Source: Eledone cirrhosa (Eukaryota). From it: a DNA stretch of 64,000 nucleotides. The DNA is taken from the NCBI GenBank assembly GCA_964016885.1, contig OZ024764.1, positions 24,428,001 to 24,492,000 on the forward strand. Reading direction: 5' to 3'. A program made the translations under genes and the position numbers. Numbering within the stretch: the first letter of the stretch is position 1; every line of letters begins with the position of its first letter. Positions 38,802 through 53,330 of this stretch are shown here, in pieces. Under the pieces are notes generated by a model. It was not told the DNA's origin. It saw nothing but the letters and a program-made list of their open reading frames with translations, and made no database searches.

Positions 38802-39036
38802 ATGATTGCAGTAATACAGAAGACTCGTCTTCCCATGTACATGGGTTGTAGTATACATCTAGTTGGCACCACTTTCTCCTCCCCTTTCAATACACCTCCC
38901 ACGTCTTAAACCTCCACCCTTCCCCAGATAAGTGTCCCATCCGCCGAGATCTACCTCACCAATCCCCACACACCTCCCTCATCCAAACCCCAAATTAACA
39001 GTGATCATCTTCGTGACATAACAAAAAGCTCATCAT

Positions 39037-41619
39037 TTAACCCTTTAACAATTACATTACTCTATATATACTATTGTATTTTCACAGTAAAGGCTTTACC
39101 TCACATATCTCACATAACATTTACATTACTCTATATATACTATTGTATTGTCACAGTAAAGGCTTTACCTCACATAATATCTCACATAACATTTACATTA
39201 CTCTATATATACTATTGTATTGTCACAGTAAAGGCTTTACCTCACATAATATCTCACATAACATTTACATTACTCTATATATACTATTGTATTGTCACAG
39301 TAAAGGCTTTACCTCACATAATATCTCACATAACATTTACATTACTCTATATATACTATTGTATTTTCACAGTAAAGGCTTTACCTCACATATCTCACAT
39401 AACATTTACATTACTCTATATATACTATTGTATTGTCACAGTAAAGGCTTTACCTCACATAATATCTCACATAACATTTACATTACTCTATATATACTAT
39501 TGTATTGTCACAGTAAAGGCTTTACCTCACATAATATCTCACATAACATTTACATTACTCTATATATACTATTGTATTTTCACAGTAAAGGCTTTACCTC
39601 ACATATCTCACATAACATTTACATTACTCTATATATACTATTGTATTGTCACAGTAAAGGCTTTACCTCACATAATATCTCACATAACATTTACATTACT
39701 CTATATATACTATTGTATTGTCACAGTAAAGGCTTTACCTCACATAATATCTCACATAACATTTACATTACTCTATATATACTATTGTATTGTCACAGTA
39801 AAGGCTTTACCTCACATAATATCTCACATAACATTTACATTACTCTATATATACTATTGTATTGTCACAGTAAAGGCTTTACCTCACATAATACCTCACA
39901 TAACATTTACATTACTCTATATATACTATTGTATTTTCACAGTAAAGGCTTTACCTCACATAATATCTCACATAACATTTACATTACTCTATATATACTA
40001 TTGTATTGTCACAGTAAAGGCTTTACCTAACATAATATCTCACATAACATTTACATTACTCTATATATACTATTGTATTTTCACAGTAAAGGCTTTACCT
40101 CACATAATATCTCACATAACATTTACATTACTCTATATATACTATTGTATTGTCACAGTAAAGTCTTTACCTCACATAATATCTCACATAACATTTACAT
40201 TACTCTATATATACTATTGTATTTTCACAGTAAAGGCTTTACCTCACATATCTCACATAACATTTACATTACTCTATATATACTATCGTATTGTCACAGT
40301 AAAGGCTTTACCTCACATAATATCTCACATAACATTTACATTACTCTATATATACTATTGTATTGTCACAGTAAAGGCTTTACCTCACATATCTCACATA
40401 ACATTTACATTACTCTATATATACTATTGTATTGTCACAGTAAAGGCTTTACCTCACATAATATCTCACATAACATTTACATTACTCTATATATACTATT
40501 GTATTGTCACACTAAAGTCTTTACCTCACATAATATCTCACATAACATTTACATTACTCTATATATACTATTGTATTGTCACAGTAAAGGCTTTACCTCA
40601 CATAATATCTCACATAACATTTACATTACTCTATATATACTATTGTATTGTCACAGTAAAGGCTTTACCTCACATAATATCTCACATAACATTTACATTA
40701 CTCTATATATACTATTGTATTGTCACAGTAAAGGCTTTACCTCACATAATATCTCACATAACATTTACATTACTCTATATATACTATTGTATTGTCACAG
40801 TAAAGGCTTTACCTCACATAATATCTCACATAACATTTACATTACTCTATATATACTATTGTATTGTCACAGTAAAGGCTTTACCTCACATAATATCTCA
40901 CATAACATTTACATTACTCTATATATACTATTGTATTTTCACAGTAAAGGCTTTACCTCACATAATATCTCACATAACATTTACATTACTCTATATATAC
41001 TATAGTATTTTCACAGTAAAGGCTTTACCTCACATAATATCTCACATAACATTTACATTACTCTATATATACTATTGTATTGTCACAGTAAAGGCTTTAC
41101 CTCACATAATATCACATAACATTTACATTACTCTATATATACTATTGTATTTTCACAGTAAAGGCTTTACCTCACATAATATCTCACATAACATTTACAT
41201 TACTCTATATATACTATTGTATTTTCACAGTAAAGGCTTTACCTCACATAATATCTCACATAACATTGAATCTATGAGATTTTGATGTTACTTATTTTGA
41301 GCGTGGTTATTGGGTTTTCAATTGAGAGGTTGTGAGTTTGATTCTCGGACTGGGTGATGTATTGTGTCCTTGTTATTTCATGTTGCCCCAGTTTCCTCAC
41401 CTGTAGAAATGAGCTGCAATGTCACTCCTACCACTGGCGGGGTGACTGGTATGCATGGGTGACTACTGGTCTTCCACAAAAAACTTTGCCTGGGCTTGTG
41501 GTTCAGAAGGAAACTTTCTAGGTGCAAAACTCTGGTCATTTGTGACTGAGTGGGTCCTTCAGTTCCTTAATGTTGGTGTGAGTGGCCAGTTACAGCTGGT
41601 TTAAATAATAAAGGGTTAA
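39037..41619 (+). mobile_element. TTAA-flanked piggyBac-type MITE carrying a 72-bp satellite (39050-41267) and a SINE remnant
   Basis: TTAA-CCCTTTA at 39037 and TAAAGGG-TTAA ending 41619. Confidence 0.65.
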
Positions 41620-41656
41620 ATGACTTCTTTCTTTTTGTCCTTGTTTCCACATCCAG

Positions 41657-41728
41657 GAACATTGCTGAGACTAGGATGACAGGGGTTGACACTGAATGCT
41701 GTCAGTCGAGCCTCTTTCAACAGGACTT
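41657..41728 (+). CDS. Mucin-like gene exon 3
   Basis: Polypyrimidine tract plus ccAG, GTGAGT donor, 72 bp, phase 2-2, open: (L)NIAETRMTGVDTECCQSSLFQQD. Confidence 0.72.
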
Positions 41729-41771
41729 GTGAGTACCAAAGTCTTTCTACCATAAATAGGTTCTAATACGC

Positions 41772-42425
41772 AGATATCTGTGTATATATACACACACGTG
41801 TGTGTATATATACACACACTTGTATGAGTATATACACACACTTGTATGTATCTGTATATATACACACACTTGTATGAGTATATATACACTCACTTGTATG
41901 AGTATATACACACACTTGTGTGTATCTGTATATATACACACACACGTGTGTGTATATATACACACACTTGTATGTATCTGTATATATACACACACTTGTA
42001 TGTATCTGTATATATACACACACACTTGTATGAGTATATACACACACTTGTATGTATCTGTATATATACACACACTTGTATGTATCTGTATATATACACA
42101 CACGTGTATGTATCTGTATATATACACACACGTGTGTGTATATATACACACACGTGTATGTATCTGTATATATACACACACACTTGTATGAGTATATACA
42201 CACACTTGTATGTATCTGTATATATACACACACTTGTATGTATCTGTATATATACACACACGTGTGTGTATATATACACACACGTGTATGTATCTGTATA
42301 TATACACACACACGTGTCTGTATATATACACACACTTGTATGTATCTGTATATATACACACACTTGTATGTATCTGTATATATACACACACTTGTATGTG
42401 TGTGTATAAATATGTGTGTATATAT
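41772..42425. repeat. Compound ~20-28-bp minisatellite
   Basis: acacacttgtatgtatctgtatatat and variants. Confidence 0.9.
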
Positions 42426-42927
42426 ATATCATCATCATCATCATCGTTTAACGTCCATCTTCCATGCTAGCATGGGTTAGACAGTTTTGTTCCACTTGAG
42501 GCGAGATTGGTCGGGAGACCGTGTCTCGCTCCTACAGAACTGTCCCTGGCAGGTTTTCTACAGCTGGATGCCCTTCCTAACACCAACCACATTTACAGTG
42601 TGGACTGGGATCTTTTTGTGGTGTCACCTACACAACCACTTTACAGTGGATGGAAATGGGAAGATGGAGTAGGGGTTGTGTGGTGTACATTGGGTTAAGA
42701 GGTGCCGACCGACTGTGTTTAAGTTTGTATGCAAGGAAGGCAAGTCTACTGTACAACTGCATGGCGCCAAAGATCTCGATCCAGTGTCATTGTCTTAGAG
42801 AGGTGTAGGTGAGCAAGGTCAGTTTTTATCACCTCGTCCCAGGTTTTTCTATATGTACATATATATATATATATATAAAATAAAGTTAAATAAAAAGTCA
42901 AACGATTAAAATTTAGCTTCGTTTATT

Positions 42928-42982
42928 ACTGGTATATATATTTCAGTGACAGCCATCTTTGGCTGTGACCTCTTCAGGCAGT
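42928..42982 (-). ncRNA. Hammerhead ribozyme motif
   Basis: actgc CTGAAGA ggtcacagcc..ggctgtcact GAAAT atat ATA ccagt; a 3'-half relative at ~26040-26100 (+) has the fully pairing gcagt. Confidence 0.68.
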
Positions 42983-43095
42983 TTGAATTAGTGTGGTAGA
43001 GACAAGTACATATGTTGTTGAGGTGTATAATTTTGTCAATACTCTGATATGCCCAGTTCCTGGTTGGGTTGTTAATTCACTGAGGAACTGGAATC

Positions 43096-43131
<36 letters not shown>

Positions 43132-43335
43132 TCATCATCATCATCATCATCAACGTTTAACGTCCGTGTTCCACGCTTGCATGGGTTTGGACGGGGGTTT
43201 TCCCACTTGAGGCAAGAGTGATTGTCTTGCTCGCATAGGACTGTCTGGCAGGTCTTTTACAGTTGGATGCCCTTCCTAACACCAACCACATTTACAGTGT
43301 GGGACTGGGAGGTTTTTACCGTGTTACCTACACGG

Positions 43336-43828
<493 letters not shown>

Positions 43829-43989
43829 GATAAAGGATAAAGATCCCGTAACTCCTTGTGTCGTAGAGGCACTGTCATATGGTGTGTCTAGGGCACTTAT
43901 AAACCTGGGGGAGCCTAACCTTCTCTAGGTCACCACCCAGAACACTGTGTGGGCTGGAGGCTTCACTGGATGTATGGGAGGGCTGCATA

Positions 43990-44028
<39 letters not shown>

Positions 44029-44087
44029 CTTCAGCTTGGGCCTGAACCTGTGGGAGTCGGGTCTTATGTTGTTGGCTGATGTGACCA

Positions 44088-44420
44088 TCATCATCATCAT
44101 TTCATTTTACGTCCACTTTTCCCTGCTTGCAAGGGTGGGACGGGAACTGATTCTGGCTTGATCTCTACAGCTGGATGCCCTTCCTAACACCAACCTCATT
44201 TACAGTGAGTGCTGGGTGCTTTTTTGCTGTGGCACCTCCACGACCACTTTGCAGTGGAATGATAGGGACCCCAGTCCCTATCATCTCATTTCTACAGCTG
44301 AGTAAACTGGAGCAATGTGAAATAAAGTGTCTTGCTCAAGGAAACAACACATCACCCGGTCTGAGAATTGAACTCACAACCTTTCGATTGCAAGGCCAAT
44401 GCTCTAACCATTAAGCTATG
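44088..44420 (-). mobile_element. CORE-type SINE with RTE tail
   Basis: Matches 13176-13499. Confidence 0.85.
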
Positions 44421-44469
44421 TTTACGACAATCCAGAGGATGTATATATCTATCATCATCACCACCATCA

Positions 44470-46322
44470 TCCTCTGCTGACGAAGAAGGGTTTCTCCCTG
44501 CGTACGAAAGGCCGGTTATATGATGCCTGTGTGAGATGTGTGGTGCTGCATGGTAGTGAGACATGGGCAGCAACTGCAGAGGATATGTGACGGCTGGAGA
44601 GAAATGAGGCAAGCATGCTCTGATGGATGTGCAATGTCAATGTGTGTGAACGACCCAGCATAGATGAGTTGCAAAAGAACTGTGTATAAGAGGGATAAAC
44701 TGTGGTGTGTGGGAGAGAGGACTGAGGTGGTATGGACATGTGATGTGTTGAGAGAGAAACTGTGTTTAAGAGGGATAAGTTGTGGTGTGTGGGAGAGAAG
44801 ACTGAGATGGTATGGACATGTGATGTGTTGAGAGAGAAACTGTGTTTAAGAGGGATAAGTTGTGGTGTGTGGGAGAGAAGACTGAGATGGTATGGACATG
44901 TGATGTGTTGAGAGAGAAACTGTGTATAAGAGGGATAAGTTGTGGTGTGCAGGAGAGAAGACTGAGATGGTATGGACATGTGATGTGTTGAGAGAGAAAC
45001 TGGGTATAAGAGGGATAGAATGTAGTGTACGGGAGAGGAGACTGAGGTGGTATGGACATGTGGTGTGTTGAGAGAGAAACTGTGTATAAGAGGGATAAGT
45101 TGTGGTGTGTGGGAGAGAAGACTGAGATGGTATGGACATGTGATGTGTTGAGAGAGAAACTGTGTATAAGAGGGATAAACTGTAGTGTGTGGGAGAGAGG
45201 ACTGAGATGGTATGGACATGTGATGTGTTGAGAGAGAAACTGTGTATAAGAGGGATAAGTTGTAGTGTGTGGGAGAGAGGACTGAGGTGGTATGGACATG
45301 TGATGTGTTGAGAGAGAAACTGTGTATAAGAGGGATAAACTGTAATGTGTGGGAGAGAAGACTGAGATGGTATGGACATGTGATGTGTTGAGAGAGAAAC
45401 TGTGTATAAGAGGGATAAACTGTAGTGTGTGGGAGAGAAGACTGAGATGGTATGGACATGTGATGTGTTGAGAGAGAAACTGTGTATAAGAGGGATAAAC
45501 TGTAGTGTGTGGGAGAGAAGACTGAGATGGTATGGACATGTGATGTGTTGAGAGAGAAACTGTGTATAAGAGGGATAAACTGTAGTGTGTGGGAGAGAAG
45601 ACTGAGATGGTATGGACATGTGATGTGTTGAGAGAGAAACTGGGTATAAGAGGGATAGAATGTAGTGTACGGGAGAGGAGACTGAGATGGTATGGACATG
45701 TGATGTGTTGAGAGAGAAACTGTGTATAAGAGGGATAGAATGTAGTGTACGGGAGAGGAGACTGAGATGGTATGGACATGTGATGTGTTGAGAGAGAAAC
45801 TGTGTCTGAGAGGGATAGAATGTAGTGTACGGGAGAGGAGACTGAGGTGGTATGGACATGTGATGTGTTGAGAGAGAAACTGTGTCTGAGAGGGATAGAA
45901 TGTAGTGTACGGGAGAGGAGACTGAGGTGGTATGGACATGTGATGTGTTGAGAGAGAAACTGTGTCTGAGAGGGATAGAATGTAGTGTACGGGAGAGGAG
46001 ACTGAGATGGTATGGACATGTGATGTGTTGAGAGAGAAACTGGGTATAAGAGGGATAGAATGTAGTGTACGGGAGAGGAGACTGAGATGGTATGGACATG
46101 TGATGCGCATGGAGGATGACCGATGGGTGAAGAAGTACCAGGAAATGCCAGTTGAAGGAAGACGTGGTAGAGGTAGACCACGAAAAACATGGGCGGAGGT
46201 GGTGAGAACAGACCTCAGATTGCTGAAGCTCACGGTGGAGATGACGAAGGACCGTGACTAAGACCCGTCCCACCCTTGCAAGCAGGAAAGAGCGGACGTA
46301 AAATGATGATGATGATGATGAT
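44470..46322 (+). mobile_element. RTE 3' fragment with 80-bp internal tandem array (~18 units, ~44680-46105)
   Basis: Flanks match 4160-4676; the unit covers VLREKL..RRLRWYGHV. Confidence 0.92.
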
Positions 46323-46444
46323 ATATATATATACATATATATATATATGTATGTATGTAAAAGGTAAACAGAAATAACAACACAATCGGTACAGTATATG
46401 GAAGGAATATATTAGTTTAACGCTTGAAATAGTAGGAAGAGTGT

Positions 46445-46559
<115 letters not shown>

Positions 46560-47104
46560 TCGTTTAATTGAACATGTTGTTGGTGTGCGACATTCAGATC
46601 GGTGGCCACTTGTGGAGAGTCTGAAAGGAAGAAATATTAATCCAATTAGTTGCAGGCAGGAGATGTATGTTGACATATTAATAAACAGGCACTTGTACCC
46701 TTCCTGTAGTTCTCAGGGAGATTCAGCAGGGAAAAGTTGACGGACGTATGATAATGATGATGATGATGAAACTAATGATTTTATTTATTATATATTATTT
46801 ACAATTTGTGTATAGGCAGGTCTCTCTGGAAATAGGTTTGGGGACTGAGGGTATTACATGGCTGTGAGGGGGCCCAGTGGCCCCAAAGGGTTTGAGAACC
46901 TCTGGTGTATATACTCATTAGAGTTAGGGTTTTGTCTTCTTTGCTAGCAAGGGTTGCGTCAGTATTCAAGAAGAGCTACTTACTCATAGATGCACTGGGG
47001 CCTTGCATCTTACTTAGATATGTTCCTGCTTTCAGGGACAGACTTTCATCAGCAGAGGCCCTAGGCTATATAAAATTTGAGGCCCTTCTCTAAAAATATT
47101 TTAA

Positions 47105-47738
47105 ACTAGCAGTGGTACCCGGCGTTGCACGGGATAAGGTATTTTGGAATGTGGGCCGTCAACAGACCTAATCATGGAAAAACTGCATGCCTGGACAATA
47201 TGTAAAGAAAATAAACCAAATACTCTGATGGCTGGATAATCTTTAAGATTTTCCTCGCTGAAACATGAAAAATGCAGGGGATCAAGAAAATGAATTTTTT
47301 TATGTGCATAATATGCCTTGAAATTTCGGGAAAATTGACTAGACGTAACGCCTCAAAAAAGCCCTAAAAAGCTGAAAAAATGAAGTTTTTCACCTAATGC
47401 GGGCCCTAGGCCATAAAAAAGTTGTATTTCTTATGCTCACGGTATGAAGAAGAGACTGACTCATACATAGTTACAATTCAAGGAAATCGGTCTGACATAA
47501 CGCCTCAAAAAACCCCTAAAAAGCTTAAAAAACCCAGTTTTTCATCTAATGCGGGCCCTAGGGGATCAAAAAGTTGATTTTTTTAATGTGCATAACACTC
47601 CCTGAAACATACGTAATACACATGTAAAGTTTGAAAAAAATCGGATGGTTACTTCTCGAGTTTTAGGGATTGAAACTCACAGACACACACATACACACAT
47701 ACACACATACACACATCCTCAGTTTTATATATATAGAT
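47105..47738 (+). mobile_element. Non-autonomous Helitron/Helentron-like (Lep1/HINE-type) element
   Basis: ACTAGC start followed by cccggcgttgcacggg hairpin, internal ~165-bp duplication, (CA)n, terminal tatatatagat. Confidence 0.55.
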
Positions 47739-47899
47739 GATTATACATGGGCGCGGTGGCCCAAAACGTTTGAGAACCAATGGTGTAGGTCACCAAACAC
47801 TAGGGAGCCTGTCCTACCTATGGATTGTTCATTTGTTCTAGACGCTAACTCCACCAGTTGCAGACTTCACATTAACATGAGATATCTCTCTACACAAAG

Positions 47900-48860
47900 T
47901 TTGATCACCACCAGCAGAGTTCAAAGATCAAGTCCAGTCTATAGGTTTACATTATCAAGCCATAGTTATGGCTGCCGGCCTCTGCTTCTCTTACCAGCCA
48001 CCCTTTCTTCCAGGAATATATAATACCTTTCGATCACCAACAGCAGAGTTTAAAGAGCAAAGATCAAGTCCAGTCCATAAGTTGACATTATCAAGCCATT
48101 GTTTTGGCTGCTAGTCTCTGCTTCTCTTACCAGCCAACCTTCCTTCTAGGAATATATAATACCTTTTGATCACCAGCAGCAGAGTTTAAAGATCAAAAAT
48201 CAAGTCCAGTCCATAGCTTGACATTATCAAGCCAGAGTTTTGACTGCCGGCCTCTGCTTCTCTTACCAGCCAACCTTCCTTCCAGACATAACCTACTCAC
48301 ACCACAAGTTGATCTTTTTATATGACTGTATAGTTTAAGTACTCTTGACTTGACAATTGATGTAATTGGTTTAAGTCTGGTAATGTTGAACAGCTCACTG
48401 ATACAGATAAGGTCACTGAGCCAGTCATAAGTCTCATGATGTGGTTCTGGAATATAGAGAGCTTCTGAAGTGACCTTGTCCTCGTCCAATTAACACAGTC
48501 AAGACCATATAACACAACTGGTAAGATGTAAGTGTCAAAGATCTTAGCCTTCAAATGATAGGAAACTAGTTTTGATGTTAGTACTTCCTTGTTCTTGTTG
48601 AAAGCTGCCCAACCCAGAGTGATACGATACTGCGCAGCAACCAGTCCATTGTTTGTGAACGAGATATACAAACTCTGTAACTTGAGCAATTTGTTGGTTG
48701 TAGATTGTGAGTTGGAGATTGGCATTGTTTTTATCAGTTGTCATACACTTTGTTTTGATGTTGGTGTGTAAGCCAGCCTCCAACAAATGTTTGGCAAGTA
48801 CATTCAGAAAGTCTTACAGATCAGTTCTAGATGGCCAGATCGTCTGCATAGCTAAGATTT
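47900..48860 (-). mobile_element. Degenerate RTE-like LINE fragment with triplicated 3' end (~130 bp x3)
   Basis: YILPVVLYGLDC, LEGRLAGKRSRGRQSKLWLDNV; repeats at ~47903, 48032 and 48168. Confidence 0.75.
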
Positions 48861-49057
48861 GATGTCCCAGTCGAAGGAAGACCATGAAAATGATGGTGAG
48901 AGTTGACCTCAGATTGCTGAAGCTGATAGAGAAGATGATAAAGGACCATGATGAATGGAGAGACGCTGTATTGAAAAGGACCCATCCCACCCTTGCAAGC
49001 AGAGAAAAGGGGACGTAAAATGATGATGTGTGTCTATAAACATGTTCCTTCTTTCAG

Positions 49058-49132
49058 GTATCCACTAGGGAGCAGTGCCAGCTACAGTCACAACTGGGAT
49101 CTTTTGTTTGAAGGATCAACTTCAGAAAACAT
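49058..49132 (+). CDS. Mucin-like gene exon 4
   Basis: ttccttctttcAG acceptor, GTGAGT donor, 75 bp, phase 2-2, open: (L)YPLGSSASYSHNWDLLFEGSTSEN. Confidence 0.72.
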
Positions 49133-49139
49133 GTGAGTA

Positions 49140-49800
49140 TGATGATATTGATGATGTTGATGTTGATGTTGTGGTGGTGTTAGTAGTGTTAGTGGTGTTG
49201 GTGTTAGTGGTGTTGGTGTTGGTAGTGTTGGTGGTGTTGGTGTTGGTAGTGTTGGTGTTGGTAGTGTTGGTGTTGGTAGTGTTAGTGTTGGTAGTGTTGG
49301 TGTTGGTAGTGTTAGTGGTGCTGGTGTTAGTGGTGTTGGTGTTGGTAGTGTTGGTGTTGGTAGTGTTGGTGGTGCTGGTGTTGGTAGTGTTGGTGTTGGT
49401 AGTGTTGGTGTTGGTAGTGTTAGTGGTGTTGGTGTTAGTGGTGTTGGTGTTGGTAGTGTTGGTAGTGTTAGTGGTGTTGGTGTTGGTAGTGTTGGTGTTG
49501 GTAGTGTTGGTGTTGGTAGTGTTAGTGGTGTTGGTGTTGGTAGTGTTGATGTTGTTTGTGGTGGTGTTAGTAGTGTTAGTGGTGCTGGTGTTGGTGGTGT
49601 TGGTGTTAGTGGTGTTGGTGTTAGTGGTGTTGGTGTTAGTGGTGTTGGTGTTGGTGGTGTTGGTAGTGTTAGTGGTGCTGGTGTTAGTGGTGTTGGTGTT
49701 AGTGGTGCTGGTGTTAGTGGTGTTGGTGTTGGTAGTGTTGGTGTTGGTAGTGTTGGTGGTGCTGGTGTTGGTGGTGTTAGTGGTGTTGGTGTTGGTGGTG
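49140..49800. repeat. (GTG/TTG/GTA)n trinucleotide-based repeat
   Basis: Direct reading; starts right after the exon 4 donor. Confidence 0.9.
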
Positions 49801-49907
49801 TCTATTGTGGGAGCTATTCAAAAGTTTCAATACCAGGATACCATACTATACCAACCAAAACCAGCCTTGCTTTGGTTCTATCAATCTTGATCCCCCATTT
49901 TAAAGGG

Positions 49908-50545
49908 TTCCTTCTTCTTTTCTTCACCCACTTATTCCTGAGAGGGCCGTGTGGGGCAGAATCTTCAAACACTCCCTCCAACGGTTCCTGTCAGAAGCCT
50001 CCATCTCCAATTAATCTGACGGGAACCCCAAACGTGACCAGCCAAGCTCATGTATGTTATCCGACCATCTTGCTCGGTGTTTTCCCCTGGGTCTCCTACC
50101 TGTTGGTTTCACCCAAATCTGACCACATATTCTTTCCTCAGACATTCTAACCACATGTCTGTAGTATCAGAGCTGTGATCTCTCAATTCAGAGATTCATT
50201 CCTGAGACATTCTAACCACATGTCTGTAGTATCAGAGTTGTGATCTCTCAATTCAGAGATTCTTTCCTCAGACATTCTAACCACATGTCTGTAGTATCAG
50301 AGTTGTGATCTCTCAATTCAGAGATTCTTTCCTCAGACATTCTAACCACATGTCTGTAGTATCAGAGCTGTGATCTCTCAATCCAGAGATTCTTTCCTCA
50401 GACATTCTAACCACATGTCTGTAGTATCAGAGCTGTGATCTCTCAATCCAGAGATTCTTTCCTCAGACATTCTAACCACATGTCTGTAGTATCAGAGCTG
50501 TGATCTCTCAATTCAGAGAAGTAGCGACTCTACCTGGAGTGACTC
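49908..50545 (-). mobile_element. RTE-like 3' end with 65-bp tandem array (~6 units, 50130-50518)
   Basis: Minus-strand unit reads IERSQL*YYRHVVRMSEER; (AAG)n tail; related end at ~19825-19990. Confidence 0.7.
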
Positions 50546-50854
50546 TCTAATTTCTGAGGGTTCCTGTTTGTATTAATGTTATTCTACTAATATTATTTTT
50601 ATATAAGAACCCTTTGTTAAGTTATCATCATCAACAAAGCCAAAATCTGCCCCAGGAGGTCTCAACATGGTCCTCTGACCTGATTTTCACCCTAAGAGTC
50701 AACCCGCCCTGCCCCTGCTAGTGTGGAAGATGGATGTTAAACAATGTTGATGTTGATGATGATATATATATATGTGTATGTGTGTGATATATGTGTATAT
50801 ATATATGATGTATATATATATATATGTGTGTGTGTATATGTATATATGTGATAT

Positions 50855-51782
50855 AAGTCAGTGTCCAAGTCTCAGACCCGTACAGCAGCACAGACTCCAC
50901 TACAGCAATGAAGAGGCGGATCTTCAGGTCTTTACGAAGGTCCGACTTCCACACTGATCTCAAGTTGTGGCCCGCTGCCCAGGCTTTACTCTTCCTCTCA
51001 ACCACATCATCTTCTGTATTCCCAATCTTTGGTCCCAAATACAGGAAGTCCTCAACCAATTCTAGCGGCTTCCCGCCTACATTAGTGATCCCTTCTGGCT
51101 TCTCAACATTCTCTACCAGATACTTCGTCTTAATCTCATTCATTCTCAGCCCCACACTCATTGACACAGTCTCAACCTCCTGCATCAAATCCTCTGCCTC
51201 CTTCACTGTGTTTGTCACCAAAACTATGTCGTCGGCAAATTCAGCATCCGATATCTTTTTTGCCTTAACTCTCCTGCTCTGTGCCGCCGCTACAGTAAAG
51301 CCAGAGTCCTGGTGTTTCTCCAGTGCAAGGTTCATACAATAGTCCACTATGATGTAGTGGAGTCTGTGCTGCTGTACGGGTCTGAGACTTGGACTCTGAC
51401 CAAGAAACTCACTCAGATGGTGGATGGGTCCTACACGAGAATGCTGAGGATGGCTCTGAACATTAATCAGTATACACTGAGGATGACAAACTCAGAACTG
51501 TATGGGAGCCTCCCAAAAGTCAGCTCGAGATTAGTACAGAGGAGATTGAGGTTAGCTGGACATGCTCACCGACATCCAGAGTTGACATTGCACTCAGTGA
51601 TCGGGTGGGATCCCCTACATGGACACACTGGAAGAGGAAGACTGAGGTTAACGTATATTGATGCCCTAAGGACAGACACTGGTCTGTTGGAGATGCAGGA
51701 CATGGCAGCGATAATGAGGGACAGAGACCGCTGGAGAGAACTCGTCCATGGATCTCGGGAATTTTACCCGTCCTAGATAGAT
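50855..51782. mobile_element. RTE-like LINE with 5' inversion
   Basis: Minus part FADDI..FLYLG..VVESVLLYGSETWTLT; plus part restarts at VVESVLLYGSETWTLT and runs to RLRLAGH, stop and tagatagat. Confidence 0.85.
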
Positions 51783-52001
51783 GATAAATATATATATCAT
51801 TATCATGATATATATATATTTGAAAAGGAAGTAAGGTTCTATACAAAATGGGAGATATAGAGAAAAGGTGGAAATAGCACGGAAAATATATTTAAGGATT
51901 TGTTTTTCTTTTTTTCTTCTTCGATTCGTCAAAGTGACATTATTGAAAAAATGAGAGAGACAATTCTTTAAAAAAAGAGTTTTATAATGTATATAACATT
52001 T

Positions 52002-52038
<37 letters not shown>

Positions 52039-52560
52039 GGTTTAGCGTCCGTGTTCCACGCTTGCATGGGTTTGGACGGGGGTTTTCCCACTTGAGGCAA
52101 GAGTGGTTGTCTTGCTCGCATAGGACTGTCTGGCGGGTTTTCTACAGTTGGATGCCCTTCCTAACACCAACCACATTTACAGTGTGGGGCTGGGAGGTTT
52201 TTACCGTGTTGCCTACACGGCCACATTACAGCGTGGACTGTCTGGCGGGCTTTCTACAGCTGGATGCCCTTCCTAACACCAACCACATTTACAGTGTGGG
52301 GCTGGGAGGTTTTTACCGTGTTGCCTACACGGCCACATTACAGCGTGGACTGTCTGGCGGGTTTTCTACAGCTGGATGCCCTTCCTAACACCAACCACAT
52401 TTACAGTGTGGGGCTGGGAGGTTTTTACCGTGTTGCCTACACGGCCACATTTACAGCGTGGACTGTGTGTTTTTTTGTCGTGACACCTACACGATCTCAT
52501 TTGTTTCGGCGTGGATTTTGTGGCACCAACATAACTTTACATTGAAAGGGGTGGTGTGGA
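52002..52560 (-). mobile_element. RTE-tailed SINE-like repeat with internal 112-bp triplication
   Basis: Matches ~16975-17290 and ~43130-43335; gatgcccttcc at 52151, 52263 and 52375. Confidence 0.8.
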
Positions 52561-52891
52561 TGGGGTGGGGGTGGTGGGACGGGGGGGTCTTTTGATAGAG
52601 ATGCCTACTGACTGTAGTAGGTTTTTACTTTGTATTTAATTGTATTTATATTTTATATAATTCCACCTTCTCTCTCTCTCTCTCTCTATATATATATTAT
52701 GTTGGTACCACAAAGCTCCCAGTCCACACTGGTGGTGGTGGTGTTAGGAAGGTCACCCAACCTAACTTACCTCAAATGGGACAAACCCATCTAACCCATG
52801 CTAGCATGGGGTGGACAGGTTGGCCCCTTGTGAGACAAGTCAGATCAGGTGACCCTGTCTTGCTCTCACAGAACTGTTTCTGGCTTGGTTT

Positions 52892-53330
52892 CTACTACTA
52901 CCAACACTACACTACCACGGCACCACCACCACCACCACCACAATCACTACACCACTACTATGACACCACCACCACAACCACCACTACACTACTACCAACA
53001 CTACACCACTACTACCACCATCACCACAAACAATAACAACACCACCACCACCACCACAACCACCACCACCACAACCACCACCACCACAACCACCACCACC
53101 ACCACCACCACCACCACCACCACCACCACCACCACCACAACCACCACCACCACCAACACCACCACCACAACCACCACCACCACAACCACCACCACCACCA
53201 CCACCACCACCACCACCACCACAACCACCACCACCACCAACACCACCACCACCACAACACAACCACTACACTACCCCGTCTCACCCCCACCCCACCCCCA
53301 CCACAACCACCACCACCACCACCACCACCA
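52892..53330. repeat. (ACC/ACA)n trinucleotide repeat
   Basis: Direct reading. Confidence 0.9.

Noticed and set aside
39074-41005. Long His/Tyr-rich ORFs (also 53880-55838 and 59074-59751)
   Set aside because: Artefacts of a 72-bp satellite open in several frames.
44467-46336. Three long overlapping minus-strand ORFs
   Set aside because: Antisense of the 80-bp RTE-derived array.
49075-49890. Val/Leu-rich 271-aa ORF
   Set aside because: Trinucleotide repeat immediately after an exon donor; intronic.
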